Assembly: GCA_036741875.1 (NCBI GenBank)
Contig: DAINRM010000003.1
Location: 6,683 to 70,682 of the forward strand
DNA: 64,000 nt
Direction of reading: 5' to 3'
DNA from: Patescibacteria group bacterium
Lineage (GTDB): Bacteria; Patescibacteriota; Minisyncoccia; UBA6257; HR35
Part shown: positions 57,411-64,000 of the stretch, piece after piece
Layout of the letters: each line of letters begins with the position of its first letter
How positions within the stretch are numbered: position 1 is the first letter of the stretch
The notes under the pieces: model-generated
The model's database searches: none
Told to the model about the DNA's origin: nothing
What the model saw: only the letters and a program-made list of their open reading frames with translations
Translations under genes and position numbers: made by a program

Positions 57411-57522
57411 GCCTTCGGAGTTTTTAGATTTTCTCGGTAAGTTAATTTTTGCTTTTTTTATTATTATTTTTGTCTTTTATTACAAATTTAAAAATAGAAT
57501 CAGAAAGTTTTTAAAGCTTTAG

Positions 57523-57608
57523 CGGAGGGGGTGGGACTCGAACCCACAAGGCCACTAAGGGCCACCGGTTTTCAAGACCGGCGCATTAGCCAATTCTGCC
57601 ACCCCTCC
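57523..57608 (-). tRNA. tRNA-Ser (anticodon TGA), long variable arm
   Basis: Reverse complement gives GGAGGGG TG GCAG AATTGGCTAA TGC G CCGGT CTTGAAA ACCGG TGGCCCTTAGTGGCCTT GTGGG TTCGAGT CCCAC CCCCTCC G. Confidence 0.8.
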
Positions 57609-57610
57609 AT

Positions 57611-57683
57611 TGCCCCCAACCGGATTCGAACCGGTATTTCCAGCCTGAGAAGCTGGTGTCCTGACCTGTTAGACGATGGGGGC
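57611..57683 (-). tRNA. tRNA-Glu (anticodon CTC)
   Basis: Reverse complement gives GCCCCCA TC GTCT AACAGGTCA GGAC A CCAGC TTCTCAG GCTGG AAAT ACCGG TTCGAAT CCGGT TGGGGGC A. Confidence 0.75.
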
Positions 57684-57687
57684 AATT

Positions 57688-57771
57688 TGGGCAGGGAGGG
57701 ATTCGAACCCTCACGGCCTTTCGGCCACAAGGTCCTAAGCCTTGTGCGTCTTCCAGTTCCGCCACCTGCCC
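57688..57771 (-). tRNA. tRNA-Leu (anticodon TAG), long variable arm
   Basis: Reverse complement gives GGGCAGG ... CAAGG CTTAGGA CCTTG TGGCCGAAAGGCCGT GAGGG TTCGAAT CCCTC CCTGCCC A. Confidence 0.8.
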
Positions 57772-57786
57772 TGTTATTTTATTATA

Positions 57787-58023
57787 TCACTCAAAGAACC
57801 TTCTTATCAAACTAGGTATAGTTAAAGAAAGAAAAATTACAATTATTCCTATAATTAAAGGCACTATTCTTGAATGAAATTCTTCTGCTCCCTTTTTACC
57901 TCCCAAAATGTATCTTAAACCAAAATAAAGAAGTAGAAAAACAAGTAAAAATAAAATAAAAGTAAAAAATAATTTAAAAAAATTAGTAAAAACTTTTAAA
58001 ACTTCTGGATGAATAAGTTCCAT
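57787..58023 (-). CDS. Small two-TM membrane protein (78 aa), shortest member of the paralogous array
   Basis: TM, loop GGKKGAEEFHSRIVPLIIG, TM. The loop is homologous to the loops of the downstream paralogs. Confidence 0.4.
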   Translation of the reverse strand: MELIHPEVLKVFTNFFKLFFTFILFLLVFLLLYFGLRYILGGKKGAEEFHSRIVPLIIGIIVIFLSLTIPSLIRRFFE

Positions 58024-58024
58024 T

Positions 58025-58678
58025 TTATCTTAAACTGAAGAAAAAATTTTCAACAAGTTTCACTACTGTAAAAGAAGAAAAGGAAATTAAAATCCCTATA
58101 GCAATATAAATAAAGTTTTTATGGATTTCAGAAGATTTCTCTGGTTTAGCTATATAATTAAAACCTGTCCAAATAAGCATAATAACTGTTGCCAAAAAGG
58201 CAGCTTTATAAAAAAGGCTTAGGAATAAATAAATAAGATAAAAAAAACATAATGACCAGGCATTTTGAGAAAGAGTAGAAGTCTCAAAAACTGAAGGAAT
58301 CTCGATACCACCACATTTTATACTTTCAGGAGGATTGTATTCTGGCAACCCTTCGGCAAAAACAAAATTAAAAATATTGAAAGAAATTAAACGAGAAATA
58401 AGTAGAACTAGAGCATAAGAAAGAAGAGCTAAGACAAGTCCTACTGCTCCCCATAAAATTCTTTTATGAATTTCGCTTGATTTTTCAGGTTTAGACATAT
58501 AAAGAAAACCAGCCCAAAAAATCATTAAAGTAGAAAAGGCAATAGCTAAGGTACTTGTGATAATTAAAACTTGATTAAAAATATAAAAGAAGCAATCCAG
58601 AAAATTTCTATTTTCACATAAAATAGGAGGCAATTCTGGAAAGGTGTTTGTTGATATTTGAGCTAAAATTTCAAACAT
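58025..58678 (-). CDS. Membrane protein (217 aa) containing two tandem copies of the Cys-pair + TM-loop-TM module
   Basis: Internal repeat: CENRNFLDCFFYI...FWAGFLYMSKPEKSSEIHKRILWGAVGLVLALL and CGGIEIP...SLCFFYL...IWTGFNYIAKPEKSSEIHKNFIYIAIGILISF. Confidence 0.5.
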   Translation of the reverse strand: MFEILAQISTNTFPELPPILCENRNFLDCFFYIFNQVLIITSTLAIAFSTLMIFWAGFLYMSKPEKSSEIHKRILWGAVGLVLALLSYALVLLISRLISFNIFNFVFAEGLPEYNPPESIKCGGIEIPSVFETSTLSQNAWSLCFFYLIYLFLSLFYKAAFLATVIMLIWTGFNYIAKPEKSSEIHKNFIYIAIGILISFSSFTVVKLVENFFFSLR

Positions 58679-58696
58679 TCATCAATTTTATTAAGT

Positions 58697-59065
58697 TTAT
58701 TGAGTTTGAAATCCTAAAAGTCTTCCTATTAGCCAAGCTATTGCAAAAGAAAGAAGTGCTACTATAATACCGACAATAGCAAAAAGAATTTTACTTCTAG
58801 CCTTACCAACTTCTTCTGCTTTTTCTCCAGAAGTCATAAATGCCCAAGCGGCTCTAAAGATTTCGAAAGCACCCCACGCTAAGGCTATAAAACCCAGTAA
58901 ATAAAAAACGCTTCTAACAACACAAATTATTCTTTGAATTATATCTCCATATTGAGTGATACAGTTAGAAATAATAGGAATTTCCTCTATAGGACCTTGA
59001 GCATAAGTTGGAACAATATGAAAAATAGTTAAAAATAAGGTTAGAATTATAATTAATTTTCTCAT
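58697..59065 (-). CDS. Small secreted two-TM membrane protein (122 aa), paralog family member
   Basis: Signal peptide MRKLIIILTLFLTIFHIVPTYAQG. Cys pair CITQYGDIIQRIIC. TM, loop FMTSGEKAEEVGKARSKILFAIVG, TM. Confidence 0.5.
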   Translation of the reverse strand: MRKLIIILTLFLTIFHIVPTYAQGPIEEIPIISNCITQYGDIIQRIICVVRSVFYLLGFIALAWGAFEIFRAAWAFMTSGEKAEEVGKARSKILFAIVGIIVALLSFAIAWLIGRLLGFQTQ

Positions 59066-59137
59066 TTTTTAATCTACAAAAATTTCGACCCTTTTTAAAT
59101 TTTAAAATAAATTTTAAAATAAAAAAACAAAAATTTG

Positions 59138-59533
59138 TTAAAAACTCGGACCTCCAAAAATAAATCTAATTAATGTAAAAACTCCGGAAATAATAAGCAA
59201 AACAATATAACCAACAACAGCATTTTTAATATATCTCCAACCGATATCCCTTGCTTCTGGTTTAAAAGTAATTAGCAAAAACCAAAACCCTCCAATAATA
59301 ATTAAGGCAGTCAGTGAAAAAGGAGCTAAATATAGAATAAAATTCCAAACTCTTTGTATAAATTCCATTAAAGAAACAAATTCACAAGGTTCTTTACCAA
59401 ATATACCTGGAGGACAAGGATTTATTGTTACTTCTGTCCAGGTAACAACAACTTCTCCTGGTTTTTTCATTTCTATCTGAGCCAAACTTAAACTGAAGAT
59501 TAAAAATAAAGTTAAAAATAAAAATTTTCTCAT
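59138..59533 (-). CDS. Small secreted two-TM membrane protein (131 aa), paralog family member
   Basis: Signal peptide MRKFLFLTLFLIFSLSLA. Cys pair NPCPPGIFGKEPCEF. TM, loop TFKPEARDIGWRYIKNAVVG, TM. Confidence 0.5.
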   Translation of the reverse strand: MRKFLFLTLFLIFSLSLAQIEMKKPGEVVVTWTEVTINPCPPGIFGKEPCEFVSLMEFIQRVWNFILYLAPFSLTALIIIGGFWFLLITFKPEARDIGWRYIKNAVVGYIVLLIISGVFTLIRFIFGGPSF

Positions 59534-59922
59534 GGTCCGAAAATTATTCTTTCTATTTGATCTTTAATAAGATCTCCTAAGAGAACAATAACAATACCTA
59601 CCGGAGTCCAAGTAAGTATTTTCCAGGCTGTTGCTATATTTTTTAGACCAAAAAATGGTGTTGTTATAAGATAAATAGCTGCTCCAAAAAAAGCGATTAC
59701 CATTAAAATTAAGGCAAAACTTTTAAGAAGTTCTAAAATATCAAAAATACATTTAAAAATTTGTTCTGTCGCTGATTTAGCTCCACTTCCACATCTTAAG
59801 CTAGAATAAATAGGTTCTCTAAAAAAATTCAGAATCGAATAAAATGGATCTTGGTTTTCTTCACTTGAAAAAACGAAGTTTATCACAAAGATTATCAAAA
59901 ATAAAAAAATTATTTTTTTCAT
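59530..59922 (-). CDS. Small secreted two-TM membrane protein (130 aa), paralog family member
   Basis: Signal peptide MKKIIFLFLIIFVINFVFS. Cys pair RCGSGAKSATEQIFKC. TM, loop PFFGLKNIATAWKILTWTPVG, TM. Confidence 0.5.
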   Translation of the reverse strand: MKKIIFLFLIIFVINFVFSSEENQDPFYSILNFFREPIYSSLRCGSGAKSATEQIFKCIFDILELLKSFALILMVIAFFGAAIYLITTPFFGLKNIATAWKILTWTPVGIVIVLLGDLIKDQIERIIFGP

Positions 59923-59928
59923 TATGCT

Positions 59929-60288
59929 TTAATATTTTAATTTAGGACCAAAAAATTCCAAAACAAAATCAAAAATAACACCAATACTCAAAAGTAAAAT
60001 ATAACCTACAATAGCTGTTTTAATCATATCCTTACCTCTTTTTTCTAAATCAGGTCTCGGACCTCCGAACATCCATAAAAAGGAGCCTATAACGGAAACC
60101 AAAACAGAAAACCAAAAACCAATAAAAACAGCAAAAGAAAGAAGTCTTCTAATATTTATAAAAATTTCTTCAACAGTGCAAGGGTCATTTTGACAATAAA
60201 TAATTCCTCTAGAAAAATCTTCATTTTGGAGAAAGGCTAAATTAGGTAAAGTAAGAAAAAAAAGAATAAATAAAATAATTTTTCTCAT
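59929..60288 (-). CDS. Small secreted two-TM membrane protein (119 aa), paralog family member
   Basis: Signal peptide MRKIILFILFFLTLPNLAF. Cys pair YCQNDPC. TM, loop FGGPRPDLEKRGKDMIKTAIVGY, TM. Confidence 0.5.
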   Translation of the reverse strand: MRKIILFILFFLTLPNLAFLQNEDFSRGIIYCQNDPCTVEEIFINIRRLLSFAVFIGFWFSVLVSVIGSFLWMFGGPRPDLEKRGKDMIKTAIVGYILLLSIGVIFDFVLEFFGPKLKY

Positions 60289-61473
60289 TTAAAATTTTAA
60301 ATTCAATAAAAACAAGGCTCTTCGTCCTTCTTCTTTATTATTTTCCCAAATATTCAAAATATTTTCAAAATCATCATAATTTTCATGAGAAATAAACCCT
60401 AAGTATGAAGAACCAAAAATGGCTCCTTTAATAAAAGCTTCTTTTTTCTCAGACAAATTTTGAAAAGAAAAGTTGGGTACGAGATCAAATTTTTCTATAA
60501 ATTCTTCATAATTTTTTCCACTAAAAAGCCAATTAAAAAAATAAAGAGAGATTTCTTTTTTTTGTGAAGCTTTGGGCAAAACAAAATAAAAAACTTTTAC
60601 AAAATTTTTAGATGAGGGTGGAAATGTTTCTATAGGGTTTTGATAAATCTCATATTCTATTCTAGGATTTAATTTAAGAATTTTTTTAAGATCTTCATAA
60701 AAAACAAAAGCTGAAGCTGATTTTATTGAAGAAAAAAGACTTATTTCGTCTTTACCTAGATTTCTTGCTAAAGCAAAATAGGGAGAGTTTTCATCGCTAT
60801 AACTAAAATAGGTATCAATAGCTTCTTGGAGAGAAGATTTTTTTAGAGACTTTAAAACTAAAATAATTTCTTTTTTATTTTTGATTTCTTTTGTTCCTAA
60901 GGAGACGAGATAAAAATCTCTATAACCTCTATTTTTAAAATCCTCTAGAAGCTCGTTTAATTCTTCTAACGTTTTAGGAGGATCATAATTTAAAAACTGA
61001 AAAACTTTTTTGTTATAAACAAAAAGAAGTGAATCAATATTCACGGGAAGACCAAATAAATCGATTTCTTCTTGAAAAAATTTTTTAGGCAAATTTAATT
61101 TTTTGTTCCATCCTTCCTCTAAATATTTTCTATTTCTAAAAACAAAATAGTTAGGTGCGTAAATAATATCAGGTGGGTTATTTTCGGCTAAAGAATAAAT
61201 AAATTTTTTTTCTAAATCATCGAATTTTATTTCTTCATAATCTATCCTTAAACAATATTTAGCGGCAAAAGGAGAAATAAAATTTAAAAAATCATTCCTA
61301 TCAAAAGAAGCCCAAATTATTAAATTAGTGTTAAAACAAGTTTTTGGTTTTCCTTCTTTAGATGGTTTCAAAAAAATATAGCCTATAAAAAGGATAACAA
61401 TAGTAAGTAAAATAAGTTGTATTCTAACATCTGTCAAAATTTTATTTTTTATTTCTTCTAAACTAAATCTCAT
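60289..61473 (-). CDS. Membrane-anchored extracellular solute-binding protein-like (SBP family 1 / sugar-binding type), orphan
   Basis: N-terminal TM. LIIWASFDRNDFLNFISPFAAKY, DIIYAPNYFVF and GLPVNIDSLLFVYNKKVF...PPKTLEELNELL match conserved SBP_bac_1 blocks. No permease or ATPase genes are adjacent. Confidence 0.55.
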   Translation of the reverse strand: MRFSLEEIKNKILTDVRIQLILLTIVILFIGYIFLKPSKEGKPKTCFNTNLIIWASFDRNDFLNFISPFAAKYCLRIDYEEIKFDDLEKKFIYSLAENNPPDIIYAPNYFVFRNRKYLEEGWNKKLNLPKKFFQEEIDLFGLPVNIDSLLFVYNKKVFQFLNYDPPKTLEELNELLEDFKNRGYRDFYLVSLGTKEIKNKKEIILVLKSLKKSSLQEAIDTYFSYSDENSPYFALARNLGKDEISLFSSIKSASAFVFYEDLKKILKLNPRIEYEIYQNPIETFPPSSKNFVKVFYFVLPKASQKKEISLYFFNWLFSGKNYEEFIEKFDLVPNFSFQNLSEKKEAFIKGAIFGSSYLGFISHENYDDFENILNIWENNKEEGRRALFLLNLKF

Positions 61474-61991
61474 TTTTGAAAAACTAAAAGATAAAAACCA
61501 GGGTATTCCTTTCTTTCTAATATTTTAAAGCCTATTTCATTACAAATTTTTTCAACTTCTTCTTGAGAATGGACTTTTTGACCAGAAAATAAAAAGTTTG
61601 AACTTTGAGGTTCATAAATTATTAAAAAACTATTATTTTTTATAACCCTAAAAGCTTCTTTAATTATTTTTTGTGGTTCTTTTGATTGATATAAAACTTG
61701 AGAAATAAAGACAAAATCAACTTGATTATTAGCTAAACCCGAATTTTTTTCTAAATCTTGTTTTAAAAATCTTATATTCTTCACTCCTAAGTTGTTGGCA
61801 AATTCTTGTGCTGATTTTAACTCATCTTCTAGAACATCTATAGCATAAATTGTTCCTGATGGTAAAACACTTTGCGCTAAAAGAATTGAAAAATAACCGC
61901 TTCCACATCCAAAATCGGCACCATTCATATTAGCAGCTATATACTTTTTCTCCTTTAAATACTTAACAATTTCTCCTGGTTTAGTAAACAT
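61470..61991 (-). CDS. Class I SAM-dependent methyltransferase (173 aa)
   Basis: GADFGCGSGYFSILLAQ (motif I GxGxG) and FDFVFISQVLY (motif II/III region). Confidence 0.7.
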   Translation of the reverse strand: MFTKPGEIVKYLKEKKYIAANMNGADFGCGSGYFSILLAQSVLPSGTIYAIDVLEDELKSAQEFANNLGVKNIRFLKQDLEKNSGLANNQVDFVFISQVLYQSKEPQKIIKEAFRVIKNNSFLIIYEPQSSNFLFSGQKVHSQEEVEKICNEIGFKILERKEYPGFYLLVFQK

Positions 61992-64000
61992 TAAAAAATA
62001 AAAACAGAGTTAATTTCATTTACTCCTTGAATTTTTTTGGGAGCATTAATTCTTTTAACTAAAGGAATTTCTTTAAGATTTATTTTCTTTATTGCCCCAT
62101 CATTTAAAATAACTTCTTTTTCTTCTTTTACTACTTTAGCAAAAATAAGAGAGCCATACTTATCTTTTTCAAAAATAAAAAGACCCTTACCTCCTCTTTG
62201 TTGAGTTTTTATATCTTTTATCTCAAAAAATTTAACAAACCCCTTACTGAAAAACAAAATAAGCCTTTCTCCATCTTTAACACCGCTAAAAAGAGCTTCA
62301 CCTTTTACTCCTTTTACTCCTTTAGCCTGTTTTTTTTGAATTGGTAAATTATCTTTAAAAATTAGAATAGAACCTTCTGAAGTAATAACAAAAATTTCCT
62401 CACCTCCTTTAATTTCAAAAGCAGAAATAACTTCATCATTAGCTTTAAGTTTTATTCCTACAATGCCACTTTTTCTGTTTGAAAAAACTTCTTCTTTTTC
62501 TATTTTCTTAACTAAGCCCTTTTTAGTAAACAAAATTAAATTTTTAAATCTTGAAGGAAAGATAGAAACTATTTTATCGCCGCTATCTAAAGTTATAAAA
62601 GATTCTAAATATTTTTGATCTTTTTTATAAAGTTCATAAGCATTGAGGAAATAAATTTTTCCTTTTGATGTTGCTATTAAAAGATAATCTTTTGTATTTA
62701 AAAGAAAAACTTTTTTAGGAAAAATTTTATTTTTAATAAGTTTATCAAGATCTAATTTTGTTTCCTCAAAAGTAAAAATTTGATTTTTATCAGAAATTAA
62801 AAGTAAAAAGGTTTTTTCTTCAATAATTTTTTTCTCTTCCTTAATTTCTTCATAAACAATTTTTGTTATTCTTTCTGATTTATATTTATTTATAATTTCA
62901 TCAGCTTCTTTAATGATAATTTCGTCGATTTTTTTAGGATTTTTTAAAATAAGCTCTAATTCTTGAATAAGACTTCTTCTTTCTTTAAGTTCTTCTAAAA
63001 TTTTATGTCTTTCCATTTGCGTTAAAGTTCGAAGCGGCATTTCTAAAATAGCATCAGCTTGCTTTTCTGAAAGCTTAAATTTCTTCATTAAATTTTCTAA
63101 GGCTTCTTTTTTGTCTTTTGATTTTTTAATAGTTTCAATAACTCTATCTAGGTTTTCTAAAGCTTTATCAAAACCTTCTAAAAGATGAACTCTTTCTTTA
63201 TTTTTTTCTAAATCAAATTTTGTTCTCCTTTTAATAACTTCTCTTCGATGGTTTATCCACGTAAGGAGAAGTTCTTTTAAATTAAATGTTTTAGGTTGAA
63301 TTCCGTTTTCTAAAGCAATAAAATTAAAATAAAAAGTTTTTTGAAGAGAAGTAAGTCTATAGAGATCTTTTTTCACTTTATCTCTATCAGCATCTGGTTT
63401 AATTTCAATAACAATTCTAATACCTTCTTTATTTGATTCATCTCTTACATCTTTAATTTCGGGAACTATTTTTTCTAAAGTAAGATTAGCTATCTCTTTA
63501 ACCAGCTCTGCCTTGCTTGTTTGCCAAGGAATTGATTTAATAACCAAAAATTCTTTACCTCTTTTGGTTTCTTCAACTTCTATTTCTCCTCTAATAATAA
63601 TACCTCCTTTTCCTTCGCTATAAGCTTTTTCAAGTTTTTCTCCTGCATAGACAATACCTCCTGTAGGAAAGTCTGGTCCTTTAATTATTTTTAAGAGCTC
63701 TTTAACAGTTATTTTTTCATTTTTAATAATTTCTTTAGCTGCTTGCATAACTTCAGTTAAATTATGAGGAGGAATATTTGTTGCCATACCAACAGCAATT
63801 CCCATTGAACCATTAATCATCAAATTAGGTATCTTTGATGGCAAAACCACCGGTTCTTCTCTAGTATTATCATAATTAGGTCTAAAATCAACAGTTTCTT
63901 TATCAATATCAGCAAGCATTTCAACAGCAAACTGAGAAAGTTTAGTTTCTGTGTATCTATAAGCAGCTGGAGGATCTCCATCTATAGAACCAAAATTTCC
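61991..64000 (-). CDS. gyrA: DNA gyrase subunit A. The C-terminal two-thirds lie in the window; the N-terminus runs off the window end (partial).
   Basis: Frame stays open to position 64000 (upstream translation ...GNFGSIDGDPPAAYRYTETKLSQFAVEMLADIDKETVDF...). NGSMGIAVGMATNIPPHNL. The GyrA box QQRGGKG in the CTD distinguishes GyrA from ParC. Confidence 0.9.
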   Translation of the reverse strand, partial: GNFGSIDGDPPAAYRYTETKLSQFAVEMLADIDKETVDFRPNYDNTREEPVVLPSKIPNLMINGSMGIAVGMATNIPPHNLTEVMQAAKEIIKNEKITVKELLKIIKGPDFPTGGIVYAGEKLEKAYSEGKGGIIIRGEIEVEETKRGKEFLVIKSIPWQTSKAELVKEIANLTLEKIVPEIKDVRDESNKEGIRIVIEIKPDADRDKVKKDLYRLTSLQKTFYFNFIALENGIQPKTFNLKELLLTWINHRREVIKRRTKFDLEKNKERVHLLEGFDKALENLDRVIETIKKSKDKKEALENLMKKFKLSEKQADAILEMPLRTLTQMERHKILEELKERRSLIQELELILKNPKKIDEIIIKEADEIINKYKSERITKIVYEEIKEEKKIIEEKTFLLLISDKNQIFTFEETKLDLDKLIKNKIFPKKVFLLNTKDYLLIATSKGKIYFLNAYELYKKDQKYLESFITLDSGDKIVSIFPSRFKNLILFTKKGLVKKIEKEEVFSNRKSGIVGIKLKANDEVISAFEIKGGEEIFVITSEGSILIFKDNLPIQKKQAKGVKGVKGEALFSGVKDGERLILFFSKGFVKFFEIKDIKTQQRGGKGLFIFEKDKYGSLIFAKVVKEEKEVILNDGAIKKINLKEIPLVKRINAPKKIQGVNEINSVFIF

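Noticed and set aside
57531-57815. 94-aa plus-strand ORF (MGLEPTRPLRATGFQDRR...)
   Set aside because: It is the antisense translation of the three consecutive tRNA genes (Ser, Glu, Leu). Its GC-rich composition comes from the tRNAs.
57523-61991. Possibility that the tRNA-adjacent block is an integrated mobile element or prophage remnant
   Set aside because: No integrase, recombinase, transposase or flanking direct repeats of a tRNA 3' end were seen. The genes are translationally coupled to gyrA upstream. It is retained only as a weak alternative in the findings.

Overview
This is a low-GC (roughly 27-30%) bacterial chromosomal segment whose tRNA genes stand out as GC-rich islands. Gene content and organisation look like a Candidate Phyla Radiation/Patescibacteria-type genome, though that assignment is inference from the sequence only.

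Called features, in order along the window:
- 1-1.5 kb: the 3' part of groEL and a complete groES.
- 1.6-7.6 kb: tRNA-Thr, a type IV pilin-like gene, tRNA-Ser, then metG, murA, mraY, a PBP5-like D,D-carboxypeptidase, a KhpA-like KH protein and a second tRNA-Thr.
- 7.9-13.4 kb: a 546-aa tandem-duplicated ThyX-like protein, followed by a cell-shape/peptidoglycan block (PBP2, mreD, mreC, mreB-like).
- 13.4-20.8 kb: proS (archaeal type), rseP, frr, holB, a second mreB, a PriA homolog with degenerate ATPase motifs, and adk.
- 20.8-32.1 kb: the canonical S10-spc ribosomal protein operon on the minus strand, tuf through secY, with rpmD (L30) absent.
- 32.2-36.3 kb: thrS, dtd, lepA.
- 36.3-40.6 kb: a 1194-aa secreted protein with an MltB-like lytic transglycosylase domain plus two lamin-tail domains, and two membrane hypotheticals.
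- 41.0-49.7 kb: tsf, rpsB, rpmE, an RF1-like release factor lacking domain 1, tRNA-Cys, a Cas4-like PD-(D/E)xK nuclease adjacent to a DEDD 3'-5' exonuclease, def-fmt, a second pilin, tRNA-Lys, rplY, and a coiled-coil lytic transglycosylase.
- 49.6-55.3 kb: an alpha-glucan cluster (GDE-like glucosidase, eukaryote-like GT3 glycogen synthase, GH57, GT4/GT5 glycosyltransferase).
- 55.3-57.8 kb: miaA, a RodA/FtsW-family protein, and a tRNA-Ser/Glu/Leu cluster.
- 57.8-60.3 kb: a tandem array of six paralogous small secreted two-TM Cys-pair membrane proteins. This is the most unusual locus.
- 60.3-64.0 kb: a membrane-anchored solute-binding-like protein, a SAM methyltransferase, and the 3' part of gyrA running off the window.

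No CRISPR array, rRNA, transposase or integrase was recognised. The standard genetic code appears to be in use.
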